A DNA stretch of 64,000 nt from Octopus sinensis (lineage: Eukaryota). Below, one piece after another: positions 23,553 to 34,789 of this stretch (positions within the stretch are counted from its first letter, which is position 1; each line of letters opens with the position of its first letter). The stretch lies in NCBI RefSeq assembly GCF_006345805.1, contig NC_043002.1, positions 118,668,001 through 118,732,000 of the forward strand, written 5' to 3'. The position numbers and the translations under genes are program-made. The notes under the pieces are model-generated. The model did no database searches. It was not told the DNA's origin and worked only from the letters and a program-made list of their open reading frames with translations.

Positions 23553-23999
23553 TTTCTTTATTACCCACAAGGGGCTAAACATAGAGGGGACAAACAAGGA
23601 CAGACAAACGGATTAAGTCGATTACATTAAGGCGGCAAGCTGGCAGAAACGTTAGCACACCGGGCGAAATGCGTAGCCGTATTTTGTCTGTCTTTAGGTT
23701 CTGAGTTCAAATTCCACCGAGGTCGACTTTCCCTTTCATCCTTTCGGGGTCGATAAATTAAGTACCAGTTACGCACTGGGGTTGATGTAATCGACTTAAT
23801 CTGTTTGTCTGTCCTTGTTTGTCCCATCTGTGTTTAGCCCTTTGTGGGTAGTAAAGAAATAGGTACTTAATTTATTGACCCCAAAAGGATGAAAGGCAAC
23901 GTCGACCTCAGCAGAATTTGAACTCAGAACGTAAGGACAGACAAAATACTGCTAAGCATTTCACCTGGTGTGCTAATGGTTCTGCCAGCTCGCCACCTT
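23553..23999. mobile_element. Nested SINE D: plus copy (23629-23861) inside a minus copy (23553-23627 + 23862-23999)
   Basis: Host fragments are colinear with the intact minus-strand D at 35555-35786, except for about 18 missing nt at the junction. Confidence 0.85.
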
Positions 24000-24199
24000 C
24001 TTACTCTAACAATTCTGCCAATCTGATGCCTAGGCACAAGGCATGCAACTTTGAGGAGAGGAATTAATCAATTATATTGATTGTGCTGGTGCCACAAAAA
24101 ATGCACTCAGTCCAATTTGTGGAGCGGTTGATGTTAAGAAGGGCATCCAACTGTAAAAAATCATGCCAAAACAGACAATGAAAAATTCTGTATAGGCAG

Positions 24200-24458
24200 A
24201 AGATCTGGTTTGCCTTAAATTTTTCCAGGATTAATAAAATAAGTATCAGCCAAATACTGAGGTCAGTAGTATAATTGGCTGATACTCAGCCTCCAAACTT
24301 CTGGTCTTGGTGAGGAAGAATTTGCAATATGATCAGCTGACAGATATACAATCAACCTAATTCCACAAATCAATGATCTGTCGGTATTGTACCAGTGCAC
24401 ACATGGTGGTTATGTTTTCTTTCTTGGTTTGAAAGTTATGTAGGTCTTGTCCCAAAGT
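24200..24458. repeat. Inverted duplicate of 21198-21457
   Basis: About 260 nt reverse-complement match, roughly 95% by eye. Confidence 0.9.
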
Positions 24459-25140
24459 TATGTAGATCTTATCAAATCATCCAATCCATTCCATCATGGA
24501 AAACAGACATTAAATGATGATGATGATGATCAACCCCAGTACTTTAACAATAATAATAATAATCCTTTCTACTTTAGACACAAAACCTTGAATTTTGGAG
24601 AGGGCTGTAGTTCATTACATCTGGTGTTCATAAAATAGTAAATGGAAAATAGTAAATGTTCCTGAATTGTAGACATAATCTGTCAACTGGCTTAACACCA
24701 CTAGCTGGTCAATGAGCACTTTAGATAAACACAGTGTAACAAATATTCAGGCTAGGTCACTGATCTGAGGTTAACTTTGTAGTACTTCCATGCACACCAC
24801 CAAAATAGTCTAAAAGAGGTATTATTTACAAACTCATTCATCCCATGCCAATACACAACAGAAATGTGTGTTTACCATAATGATGAAAATGGTTGGTAGC
24901 AAACAGCCCCCACCCCACAGCAATGATGACAACAGGTTATTCAACTTGCTTCAAGTAACAGCCAAAGCTCCTCCTTCAAACCAAACTCTTGAGCACTAAG
25001 CTTACTCTGTCAAATGTAATGCTTATTTATTCACATTGTCTTGAATTAATCACACATTATCTTATAACTTTGAGACTTGGATGTGATTGTTTGTTTTACA
25101 ATATTGTAGCATTCCGATAACTTACTCTGTCAAATGGAAT

Positions 25141-25357
25141 TACTCTTTACTCTTTTACTTGTTTCAGTCATTTGACTGTGGCCATGCTGGAGCACCGCCT
25201 TTAATCGAGCAACTCGACCCCGGGACTTATTCTTTGTAAGCCCAGTACTTATTCTATCGGTCTCTTTTTGCCGAACCGCTAAGTGACGGGGACGTAAACA
25301 CACCAGCATCGGTTGTCAAGCAATGCTAGGGGGACAAACACAGACACCCAAACACAC

Positions 25358-25402
<45 letters not shown>

Positions 25403-25559
25403 TACGACAGGCTTCTTTCAGTTTCCGTCTACCAAATCCACCCACAAGGCATTGGTTGGCCTGGGGCTATAGCAGAAGACACTTGCCCAAGGTGGGACTG
25501 AACCCGGAACCATGTGGTTGGTTAGCAAGCTACTTACCACACAGCCACTCCTGCGCCTA
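25141..25559 (-). mobile_element. SINE family A
   Basis: Reverse-complement copy with a small deletion near the B-box. Confidence 0.9.
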
Positions 25560-26077
25560 TTTATTTATTCCCATCAATTTGAATTAATCATGCATTATCT
25601 TGTAACTGAGATTTTGATGATGTGACTGTTTATTTTTAAAATGGCTTTGTAGGGTACATGTAAAAGGCACCATGATCTGAACAGTGTGTACATAAAACAC
25701 GTAAAATATTAAGGGCCTGATATGGTCAGTTTAAATACTAAAGAGTTATGATATAGTTTTAGAAAGCCACTCTTCAAAAGATGGCATGATCATAGTTGCA
25801 GTTCCTTTTATCATAAGTTTACTCAATGAAGGTTGACTCAGAGCTAAATAACAATCAATAACATCTCTCTCAAAAACACACACACACATACACACACACA
25901 GTGATTGGTTCATGTACTAATAAAAGAGCCTCTACTTGGTCATTTGACTTGTTAGAAATATTCTAAAGTCTCCCTCAAATCACATATTAATACCTCAGAA
26001 CAAGAACACATACAATGATTTTGTCCTAGAGTCTCCCTTAAAAAAACAATATAATCCTAGAATGAATTTTATCATGG

Positions 26078-26476
26078 ACCAGCAGTATCGCCCAGCATTG
26101 CTCGGGTTTGTAAGGGAAATAACTATATAAGCATTTTTAGAGAGTTATAGCCAAAAAATAGCAAAAAAATGCATTAAAAATGGAAAAAAATGATGGTAAA
26201 TTTTTTTTTAAATCGTTGACTCATCGTAGACATTTTTAGAGAGTTACTTCCCTTATATAATAGCGAAAAAATGCATTAAAATGGAAAAAAATTATGGTAA
26301 ATTTTTTTTTAAATTGTAGACTCATCGTAGACGCGCGCTAATACCCAGAAGGGCTCGATATGAATCACGACTATAAGAAACCCGGTTTTGGTTAAACTGC
26401 ACCGCAAAATGTGGGAGTAGTTAGGAATCTAAATCGTAGGAGACAGATACACAACTTCACTTTTATATATAAAGAT
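26078..26476 (+). mobile_element. Family E non-autonomous element (Helitron/Helentron-like)
   Basis: Start (T)AC(T/C)AGCAGTATCGCCC; internal direct repeat of about 100 bp; end CACTTTTATATATAAAGAT; no TSD seen. Confidence 0.65.
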
Positions 26477-26930
26477 ATACTTGATCAGGGCTGATTTGAC
26501 GCTAAACAACAACAACAGTAATAACTAAAGTTATGATAATGTGGTGGTAATGATGACGATTATGCTGATGAAGGTAGTGATGATAATGGTGAGGCTACTA
26601 GTCATAGCTTACAGCAGTCTGTAAAATTTCCTACAGAGCAATGCAAACATATTTTCCATTATTAAATGTAAATTGAATGATTAATTGGAAAACATTATCA
26701 TGAAGGTAAGCTTTTGTTTGGTCCTGTATCAGCCTTTATAAAGCAGACTTATGATCAAAGATATTTCAGACATGGCCTCTTTTCTGCATTGTATAATGTG
26801 TCTTCCTTTTTAAACAGAGTAGGGCAATGACTCTCAATCTTTGACTTGGTGGGATACACAAGATCAAATAAAGAAATTACCAGTGCACTGTGCATCGAAA
26901 TTCTTTAAAAAAAAAAAATCATGTATTTAT

Positions 26931-27346
26931 AGGTGCAGGAGTGGCTGTGTGGTAAGTAGCTTGTCTACCAACCACATGGTTCCAGGTTCAGTCCCACTGT
27001 GTGGCACCTTGGGCAAGTGTCTTCTACTATAGCCTCAGGCCGACCAATGCCTTGTGAGTGGATTTGGTAGACGGAAACTGAAAGAAGCCTGTCATATATA
27101 TGTATATATATATATATGCGTGTGTGTGTTTGTGTGTCTGTGTTTGTCCCCTAGCATTGCTTGACAACCGATGCTGGTGTGTTTATGTCCCCGTTACTTA
27201 GCGGTTCGGCAAAAGAGACCGATGGAATAAGTACTGGGCTTACAAAAGAATAAGTCCCGGGGTCAAGTTGCTCGATTAAAGGTGGTGCTCCAGCATTGCT
27301 GCAATCAAATGACTGAAACAAGTAAAAGAGCAAAAGAGCAAAGAGC
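26931..27346 (+). mobile_element. SINE family A, followed by a diverged A head at about 27349-27500
   Basis: Pattern match. Confidence 0.88.
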
Positions 27347-27725
27347 ATAGGCGCCAGCATGGATGTGTGGTAAGAAGTTTGCTTTCCAATCACATGGTTC
27401 CAGGTTTACTCCTACTGCATGGCACTTTGGGTGAGTATCTTCTACCATAGCCCCAACAATAACCTTGAGTAGATTTGGTAGATGGGAATTTAAAGAAGCT
27501 CTCTCTCTCTCTCTGTGAGCGAGTTTTGTTTTGTTTTTTGTCTGTGTCTGCCTTGGCAGCAGGTGTTGGTTTAAGTTTGCATGGCTGTAACTTAGTGGTT
27601 CAGCAAAGCACTGGAGTAAATTCAGTCCAATGACTGAAAGTAAAAAGATCGAATTTAAAAGCCATTATATCAGTAAGGATTTTCTGATTTTGTATCAATT
27701 AGCTATACAAACAAAATATATAATT

Positions 27726-27890
27726 AGGCACAGGAGTGGCTGTGTGGTAAGTAGCTTGTTTACCAACCACATGGTTCCGGGTTCAGTCCCACTGCGTGGC
27801 ACCTTGGGCAAGTGTCTTCTGTTATAGCGTCGGGCCAACCAAGCCTTGTGAGTGGATTTGGTAGACAGAAACTGAAAGAAGCCCGTCGTA

Positions 27891-27962
<72 letters not shown>

Positions 27963-28167
27963 ATGTATGTGTGTGTGTTTGTGTGTTTGTCCCCTAGCAT
28001 TGCTTGACAACCGATGCTGGTGTGTTTACGTCCCCAGCAACAGAGACCGATAGAATAAGTACTGGGCTTACAAAGAATAAGTCCCGGGGTCGAGTTGCTC
28101 GATTAAAGGCGGTGCTCCAGCATGGCCGCAGTCAAATGACTGAAACAAGTAAAAGAGTAAAAGAGTA
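27726..28167 (+). mobile_element. SINE family A
   Basis: Pattern match, long central (TA)n. Confidence 0.9.
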
Positions 28168-28820
28168 ATTAGCCAAGTCAATTTTAAATAACTTCAATTT
28201 TTCCAGTTTACTATTATAATGTTGAAATGCTTATCTATGATCCTTAACCATTAAGCATTTAAACTGGCAATATCCAGCCAAAATATTCTAATTGTTTTAT
28301 GATCAAGCCAATCAGATCATATGACCTCTCACACCAACCCTACAAGGTCATTCTACAAATAAAAAGTCACCTCGTCAAAATCTGAAAGCAACAAGATAAT
28401 GCATGGTTAATTCACTTTTGAATATCCTGAAATTATCAACTAAGTCAATTAAAGTCAACAATCCTTTATAAATATTTTTGAAAAATATTGACATTTTCAT
28501 TTTGGGATACTTTCTACCACAAAATGCTACATTTTGAATATTTTATGCTACATTTTATTTAACTAGTCTGGCAATCCTGCAAGTGACCTGTTAGAGACTA
28601 TCAGAAAGTTTTCCTACAAGAAAAATTGGATATGGCCCAACAGACCAATAAACCCCTCATAAAAAATTTACTGTCACCATTAATTATAGCATTGCATTAT
28701 TTCGTATGTGTAGTACCTCTTTACAATGAGGCCAACTTCATTACTTTAAAGTTAATTCTTTGAAAATGCACATAACATACTACAAGCTATAATTTTCTCA
28801 ATTAGTTGTCTAGTATCATA

Positions 28821-28950
28821 TCATCATCATCATTGTTCGACCATGGTCGAGACAATGGAATTTACCATGCTACGCCAGACTTCACGGTCCATCATGGCAT
28901 TACGGAGGTCCTGTTGCTGGATGCCTGTATCCCTGGAGATTACATCAGGG
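28821..28950 (-). mobile_element. Severely 5'-truncated RTE insertion
   Basis: Near-identical reverse complement of about 13568-13700; 10-bp TSD TAGTATCATA (28811-20 / 28951-60). Confidence 0.88.
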
Positions 28951-29185
28951 TAGTATCATAAGGACTATGCTCTCCACAAAAAAAGGCAACAGAAAACAAT
29001 TAAAATGTATAAAAAGAGTACATAACAAAACTGAGTTATTGCAATGTCGTTTTTCCGCACCATTTAGTCAAGGAGGGAAATGTAATACCCATGGCCCTTT
29101 ATTTGAACAAGGTCTCTGAGACTAGTGAGAGGATAGTATTCGACCAGTTTCTTTTTAGCAGAACTATTTGTTAAACAGTGTTGAA

Positions 29186-29605
29186 AGAGACAGACACATA
29201 TACAGACACATACAATGGGTTTCTGCACAGTTCTCATTGACCAAATTCATTCATAAGGCATTAATTGACAATGGATGACACTGAAAGATAATTTCCCAAG
29301 GTGCCACACAATGGAACCAAACCCAGAGACAGACACATATACAGACACATACAATGGGTTTCTGCACAGTTCTCATTGACCAAATTCATTCATAAGGCAT
29401 TAATTGACAATGGATGACACTGAAAGATAATTTCCCAAGGTGCCACACAATGGAACCAAACCCAGAGACAGACACATATACAGACACATACAATGGGTTT
29501 CTGCACAGTTCTCATTGACCAAATTCATTCATAAGGCATTAGTTGACAATGGATGACACTGAAAGATAATTTCCCAAGGTGCCACACAATGGAACCAAAC
29601 CCAGA
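29186..29605. repeat. Tandem triplication of a 139-bp unit derived from a degraded SINE-A 5' half
   Basis: Units start at 29186, 29325 and 29464; one substitution seen (TTAATTGAC vs TTAGTTGAC). Confidence 0.92.
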
Positions 29606-29687
29606 ACTAATGTGGTGTCAAAGCAGCCATAACAACACAGCCATATCTCAAAAGTAACGTCTAAATGAAACAATATGTAAAGCTTAC

Positions 29688-30244
29688 CTCTCCTCGTGTA
29701 GATGGTGCAGCATCTGAATATTTTGATTCGCAAATTACTTGATCAAGTCGTCTGATGGGTCCAGTTGGAACTCCAGGGAAAGACTGGGCACAGTTTTCAG
29801 CAAAGTAACGATAAACCTTCCACGTCTTACCAAAATCATATGACCTTTCCACCAACATTGCAGCAGGACGGAATGTTTTGAATCTCATAATCAAATGAGT
29901 GAATTGGAACTCTGCTTCCAAATCTAGCTGAATATAGACATTTTCCTTACCATTTTCAGCCTGCCACCATCGTCCTCTTTTACGCCGGCCAAATGAATAC
30001 ACTATGTTTTGTATCCGGTGATTAAGCGGTTGAGTTTGTAGATGTGGCGAAAAGGACTGCCTTGAATCACAATAAAAACATTTTTTAACATCTTTTAAAT
30101 GACTGACAATACAGTAATGTTCTCGTTGTTTAAGACCACAGGTTGATGATGCTTGGAGATTCTTTTCTCGGCCTATAAGTAAATCACCTGTTGCAGGGTA
30201 GCAGCTTCCTTCCAAACATCGGGAATGTTGTTGCGCATACACAC
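29688..30244 (-). CDS. LAMB1: Laminin subunit beta, coding exon (557 nt, phase 1 to phase 0), laminin N-terminal (LN/domain VI)
   Basis: Acceptor ttttgatttcag|GTGTG and donor GAG|gtaagc. Encodes ...[17 protein letters not shown]...SSTCGL...YCIVSHL...KCFYCDSR...WWQAENG...[45 protein letters not shown]...PSTRGE, the diagnostic laminin beta LN signature. Exact orthology to the vertebrate beta1/2/4 paralogues is not resolvable here. Confidence 0.97.
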
Positions 30245-30523
30245 CTGAAATCAAAAATGCAGAAATATTCAATAACAGAAGATAAAGATAAAAAACAATA
30301 AAGCATCCATCTTCCCACCTCTTACTATTCCTAAAACACAACCAATTTATATTTTATACAGTCACTTTATGCATAATGAAAAACTTAGAGATATAATGCA
30401 AGATGATATGAAGTGGAAATAACTGCTGAAAGGGTAAATAGTCAATCCAATTGGAATAAAGGGAAAGCAGTCAAACAGATTAATGAATTTAAATATTTGG
30501 AAGAACAGATGTGAGATGATTAA

Positions 30524-30737
30524 CCCTTTCGTTACTGTATTTATTTTGAGATGCTCTGTGTTTCTTTCAATTACTTTAAATATAACAAAGAATTTAGTAA
30601 AATAACTTAGTTATCATTGAGCTAGTGTTAGGAACATAAATTGTGACTAAGGTTTGGTGGAAGATTTTAATTCAAAACTTATGAAAACAAGACATTTGTA
30701 CTCAGAGCCAGTTTCAGCCGGGTTAGTAACGAAAGGG
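30524..30737 (-). mobile_element. piggyBac-type MITE F (reverse orientation)
   Basis: TTAA flanks (30520-23, 30738-41); TIR CCCTTTCGTTAC; lies 280 nt upstream of the laminin acceptor. Confidence 0.88.
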
Positions 30738-30969
30738 TTAAAGAGAAAGTAAAATGTAAGATTGCAACAGCTAGTGGTCTTAGAAAAATTAAACTGTTTG
30801 AGAAAAAATAGATTACAATAATAACAAAAATTTGAATTTATGAGTAGTAATAATTTCAATTGCACACTAAGTACAAACCATAGATGTTAGACATTGAAAG
30901 TATAAAGATAGTCATGGTGTTTAAAATGAAATGAAATATAAAGCGATGCAACACAGTCTATAAACAAAA

Positions 30970-31309
30970 TTAGGACCCCCTTCGGTCATGACTGACCGTG
31001 GGTTTGCACCTAGAAAGTTACCCTCCCAGGCACAAGTCTGGGCAAGATTGTTTACGGAAGACCAGCAGTCGCCCATGCATACCGGCCTCCCCTCTCCACG
31101 CCACCAGTGTTATCCAAGGGAAAGGCAAAGGGGCCGATACAGCTTGGCACCTGTGACATCGCAACTCATTTCTACAGCTGAGTGAACTGGAGCAACGTGA
31201 AATAAAGTGTCTTGCTCAAGAACACAACACGCAGCCCGGTCCGGGATTCGAGCTCACAACCTCATGATCGTAAGCTCGACACTCTAACCACTGAGCCATG
31301 CGCCTTCAC
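30970..31309 (-). mobile_element. tRNA-derived SINE family G
   Basis: Reverse complement begins GTGAAGGCGCATGGCTCAGTGGTTAGAG (A-box) ... GAGCTCGAATCCC (B-box-like) ... TTCTTGAGCAAGACACTT; second copy at 33.3 kb. Confidence 0.85.
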
Positions 31310-32977
31310 AGAATATCAGAATAAACAGAATATCAAACTAATATCATATAAGAGAAACATACACATATGGTGTTATACAAGGAAAAGTTACTAATCTAAG
31401 GATTATCACTAACATTTTACACCCATTTTCTACACTAGTATGGGTTGGACAGGTTATTAAGACTGATGTCAGTTCTTATTTAGAGTTACTGGCCTTCTAT
31501 ACAGGTCACAAGGCCACATTAGCTTCCTTGTTAATTTTTAGTTTCTATGGTTGGATACCCTTCCAGTCACCAGCCACTTAGCAGAGAGTACCAAGTGCAA
31601 TTTATTAGAGTACCAAGACTAGAGAGGTAGACATGTACTTGGCAACACTAAGGGCCTTCTTAACCCCACACTACTTCCATTTGTTCATTAATCATTTTAC
31701 TAATTGTACTAGGAGCATTTTAATGCAGCACCAGCACTAATAGGGTTTTTTTGTAACCTATAAAAAGAGTACTCAATACTGTATGATGTCTTTGTTCCCT
31801 CAAGGCAACAAGAAAGGGAAGGGGGAACTGAAAGAAGAGTGAAAACCCAAGATGAACCAGGCTTTTTTTTTTTTTTTTGGTATAATTTAAAGAAAACATA
31901 CCAATGTAATAATATGCCAGGAAAACAGAGAGAACTAATGTTATATAAGAAAACATAGGTCATATAAGGAAAATGTAGAATCTAATATTTCATAAGACGA
32001 ACCCGGGGCGATCTAATGTTACATAAGGAAAACAGATTAATCTAAATAAAGACTAAACTGATTTTTAATGCAAAAACAATCAGAAATGAAAATATCTTAA
32101 TTTACTTTGAAATAAAACATTTAAAAAGTGTATTTATTTTTCAACATTTAAAAAAAATTTTTTTTAATTTTCTTCCTAAACATATCTAGTTATCATATAA
32201 TTTAGAGAATTTGAGGAATAATTTTTTAAATAATCTGTAAAAAATTAGAATTGAGGTCAAAAATTCTTCTCCATTGAATCTCACAGACAGACACACACAC
32301 AAGCATTTATCAATGTGTCTGCAGTTGATATTTTAGACAGAAGTTTGAAATGAGAGTAAGGGGGGTGAAAAAACAAACAAACAAATAAATAAGAAGCAGA
32401 ATGTGAGAATTTCATTTGGAAATCAAAACAGTTTAACTTCTACAGTTTACATAAAATTTGATTTCTTTACAGCTGATAAACATGTAGCCAAACTACCTAA
32501 AAAATATCGAGGTGACAACTTAGACTGATAGAAAACAGCTGTACACACATCAACTGAAGCAAAGAAATAAATAACGACAATAACTTGTTTGTCCCCCCAC
32601 TTTTTTCTTTTTTATTTTATTTTTATATATATAGTTTGTCTAATACATGCAAGAAGGCAAGCCAGTCATAGGTCTTTAGTAACATGGGAATGAATATTTC
32701 ACATTCTGAATATTTAATACACTCACTACTAAAAAGCATTCTTCAAACTAATGTAGATGTGGTTATGTGATTTTTTCCCCCAGTATTTCCCTGCTTTTTT
32801 TGCTTTTTTTTTTTAAACCAGAGATAGTTAATTCAAATGCTGTTCAACGCATATACAGTGGTTCACTTGGATTTTTAAAAAAAGACTACACTGCTAATTA
32901 AATGTTATTCCTGTTTTCAATTCAAACTACATATGAATGACAAGAAATTTTTAGTCATTTAAATGACAAAGGTTTAA

Positions 32978-33200
32978 CCCTTTTGTTACCAACCTGGCTG
33001 AAACCGCCTCTGGCTCTGAGTACAAATGTCTTGTTTTCATGAATTTTGAATTAAAATCTTCCACCAAACCTTAGCCACAATTTATGTTCCTAATACCAAC
33101 TTAGTGATAACTAAGTGATTTTTTTACTAAATTCTTTGTTATATTTAAAGTAATTGAAAGAAACACAGAGCATCTCAACAGAAATCTGGTAACAAAAGGG
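32978..33200 (+). mobile_element. piggyBac-type MITE F
   Basis: TTAA flanks and both TIRs present. Confidence 0.88.
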
Positions 33201-33331
33201 TTAAGTGCTAAATACAATTATTAATAAACCCACAAAAATGACTATCATTAGTTGAAGATGATGTTAAAGAATATATTAATTTTAATATTCAGTATTACAC
33301 CCAATCTTTGCAAGACAAACTATTAACAACT

Positions 33332-33671
33332 GAGACCCCCTTCAGTCATGACACTGACCATGGGATTGCACCTAGAAAGTTACCCTCCCAGGCACAAGTC
33401 CAGGTAAGGTTGTTTATGGAAGACCAGCAGTCGCCCATGCATACCGGCCTCCCCTCTCCACGCCACCAGTGTTATCCAAGGGAAAGACAAAGGGGCCGAT
33501 ACAGCTTGGCACCTGTGACGTCGCAACTCATTTCTACAGCTGAGTGAACTGAAGCAACGTGAAATAAAGTGTCTTGCTCAAGAACACAACACGCAGCCCG
33601 GTCTGGGATTCGAGCTCACAACCACACGATCATAAGCTCGACACTCTAACCACTGAGCCATGCACCTTCAC
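33332..33671 (-). mobile_element. SINE family G
   Basis: 10-bp TSD ATTAACAACT (33322-31 / 33672-81). Confidence 0.88.
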
Positions 33672-33691
33672 ATTAACAACTATAAGATTGT

Positions 33692-34088
33692 AGGAGTGGC
33701 TGTGTGGTAAGTAGCTTGCTAACCAACCACATGGTTCAGTCCCACTGCATGGCATCTTGGGCAAGTGTCTTCTGCTATAGCCCCGGGCCGTCCAATGCCT
33801 TGTGAGTGGATTTGGTAGACGGAAACTGAAAGAAGCCTGTCGTATATATGTATATATATATATATATGTATGTGCATGTGTATGTTTGTGTGTCTGTGTT
33901 TGTCCCCCTAGCATTGCTTGACAACCGATGCTGGTGTGTTTACGTCCCCGTCACTTAGCGGTTCGGCAAAAGAGACCGATAGAATAAGTACTGGGCTTAC
34001 AATGAATAAGTCCCGGGATCGATTTGCTCGACTAAAGGCGGTGCTCCAGCATGGCCGCAGTCAAATGACTGAAACAAGTAAAAGAGTA
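33692..34088 (+). mobile_element. SINE family A
   Basis: Pattern match. Confidence 0.88.
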
Positions 34089-34330
34089 TACTGAAATCTG
34101 TAGAAAAGGGTAAAAACTTATCATCAGAGAAGCAATCAAAAACTGTCCAACTGCAATCAATGTTTTAAAGCCATAGTTACTTAAGAATGATGCTCAGTAA
34201 CAACTGATCACCATGCTACAGGTATCTCATTAAAACTTGTGTCTATTCTCAATGTCCTAAAACAGGGCAGCCAAAAAAAAACTACTGCCAGAATTAACCA
34301 GTACAGTTATCATTATCATTTGTGTGTGTG

Positions 34331-34366
<36 letters not shown>

Positions 34367-34369
<3 letters not shown>

Positions 34370-34648
34370 AGGCGCAATGGCCTAGTGGTTAGGGCAGCGG
34401 ACTTGCAGTCGCAGGATCGCGGTTTTGATTCCCAGACCAGGCGTTGTGAGTGTTTATTGAGCGAAAACACCTAAAAGCTCCACGAGGCTCCGGCAGGGGG
34501 TGGTGATCCCTGCTGTACTCTTTCACCACTCTTTCTTCTGTTGGCCTGCTCGCTTAGCCAGCGGGGTGGCGTCATTCGAAGGCTAAAACAATGCGAACGC
34601 ATTGTGACCAGCGATGTGTAACGACATCTGATGGTCTGGTCGGTCACA

Positions 34649-34651
<3 letters not shown>
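34367..34651 (+). mobile_element. SINE family B2
   Basis: B head plus type-2 tail, inserted within (TA)n. Confidence 0.85.
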
Positions 34652-34694
<43 letters not shown>

Positions 34695-34789
34695 GTGTCA
34701 GCTAAGAGATCCTAAGTCAAGCAGAAGATTCACTCCTCATATAACTGTCAGTAGAGTGGGTATATTATCTGAATTTTATAGTATTAAGC

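Noticed and set aside
30245-30341. Hydrophobic N-terminal extension of ORF 29661-30341 ([19 protein letters not shown]) that looks like a signal peptide
   Set aside because: Starts at TTG with no in-frame ATG before the upstream TAA. It is the T-rich tract of a strong acceptor (ttttgatttcag|G). The real signal-peptide exon is probably upstream and was not identified.
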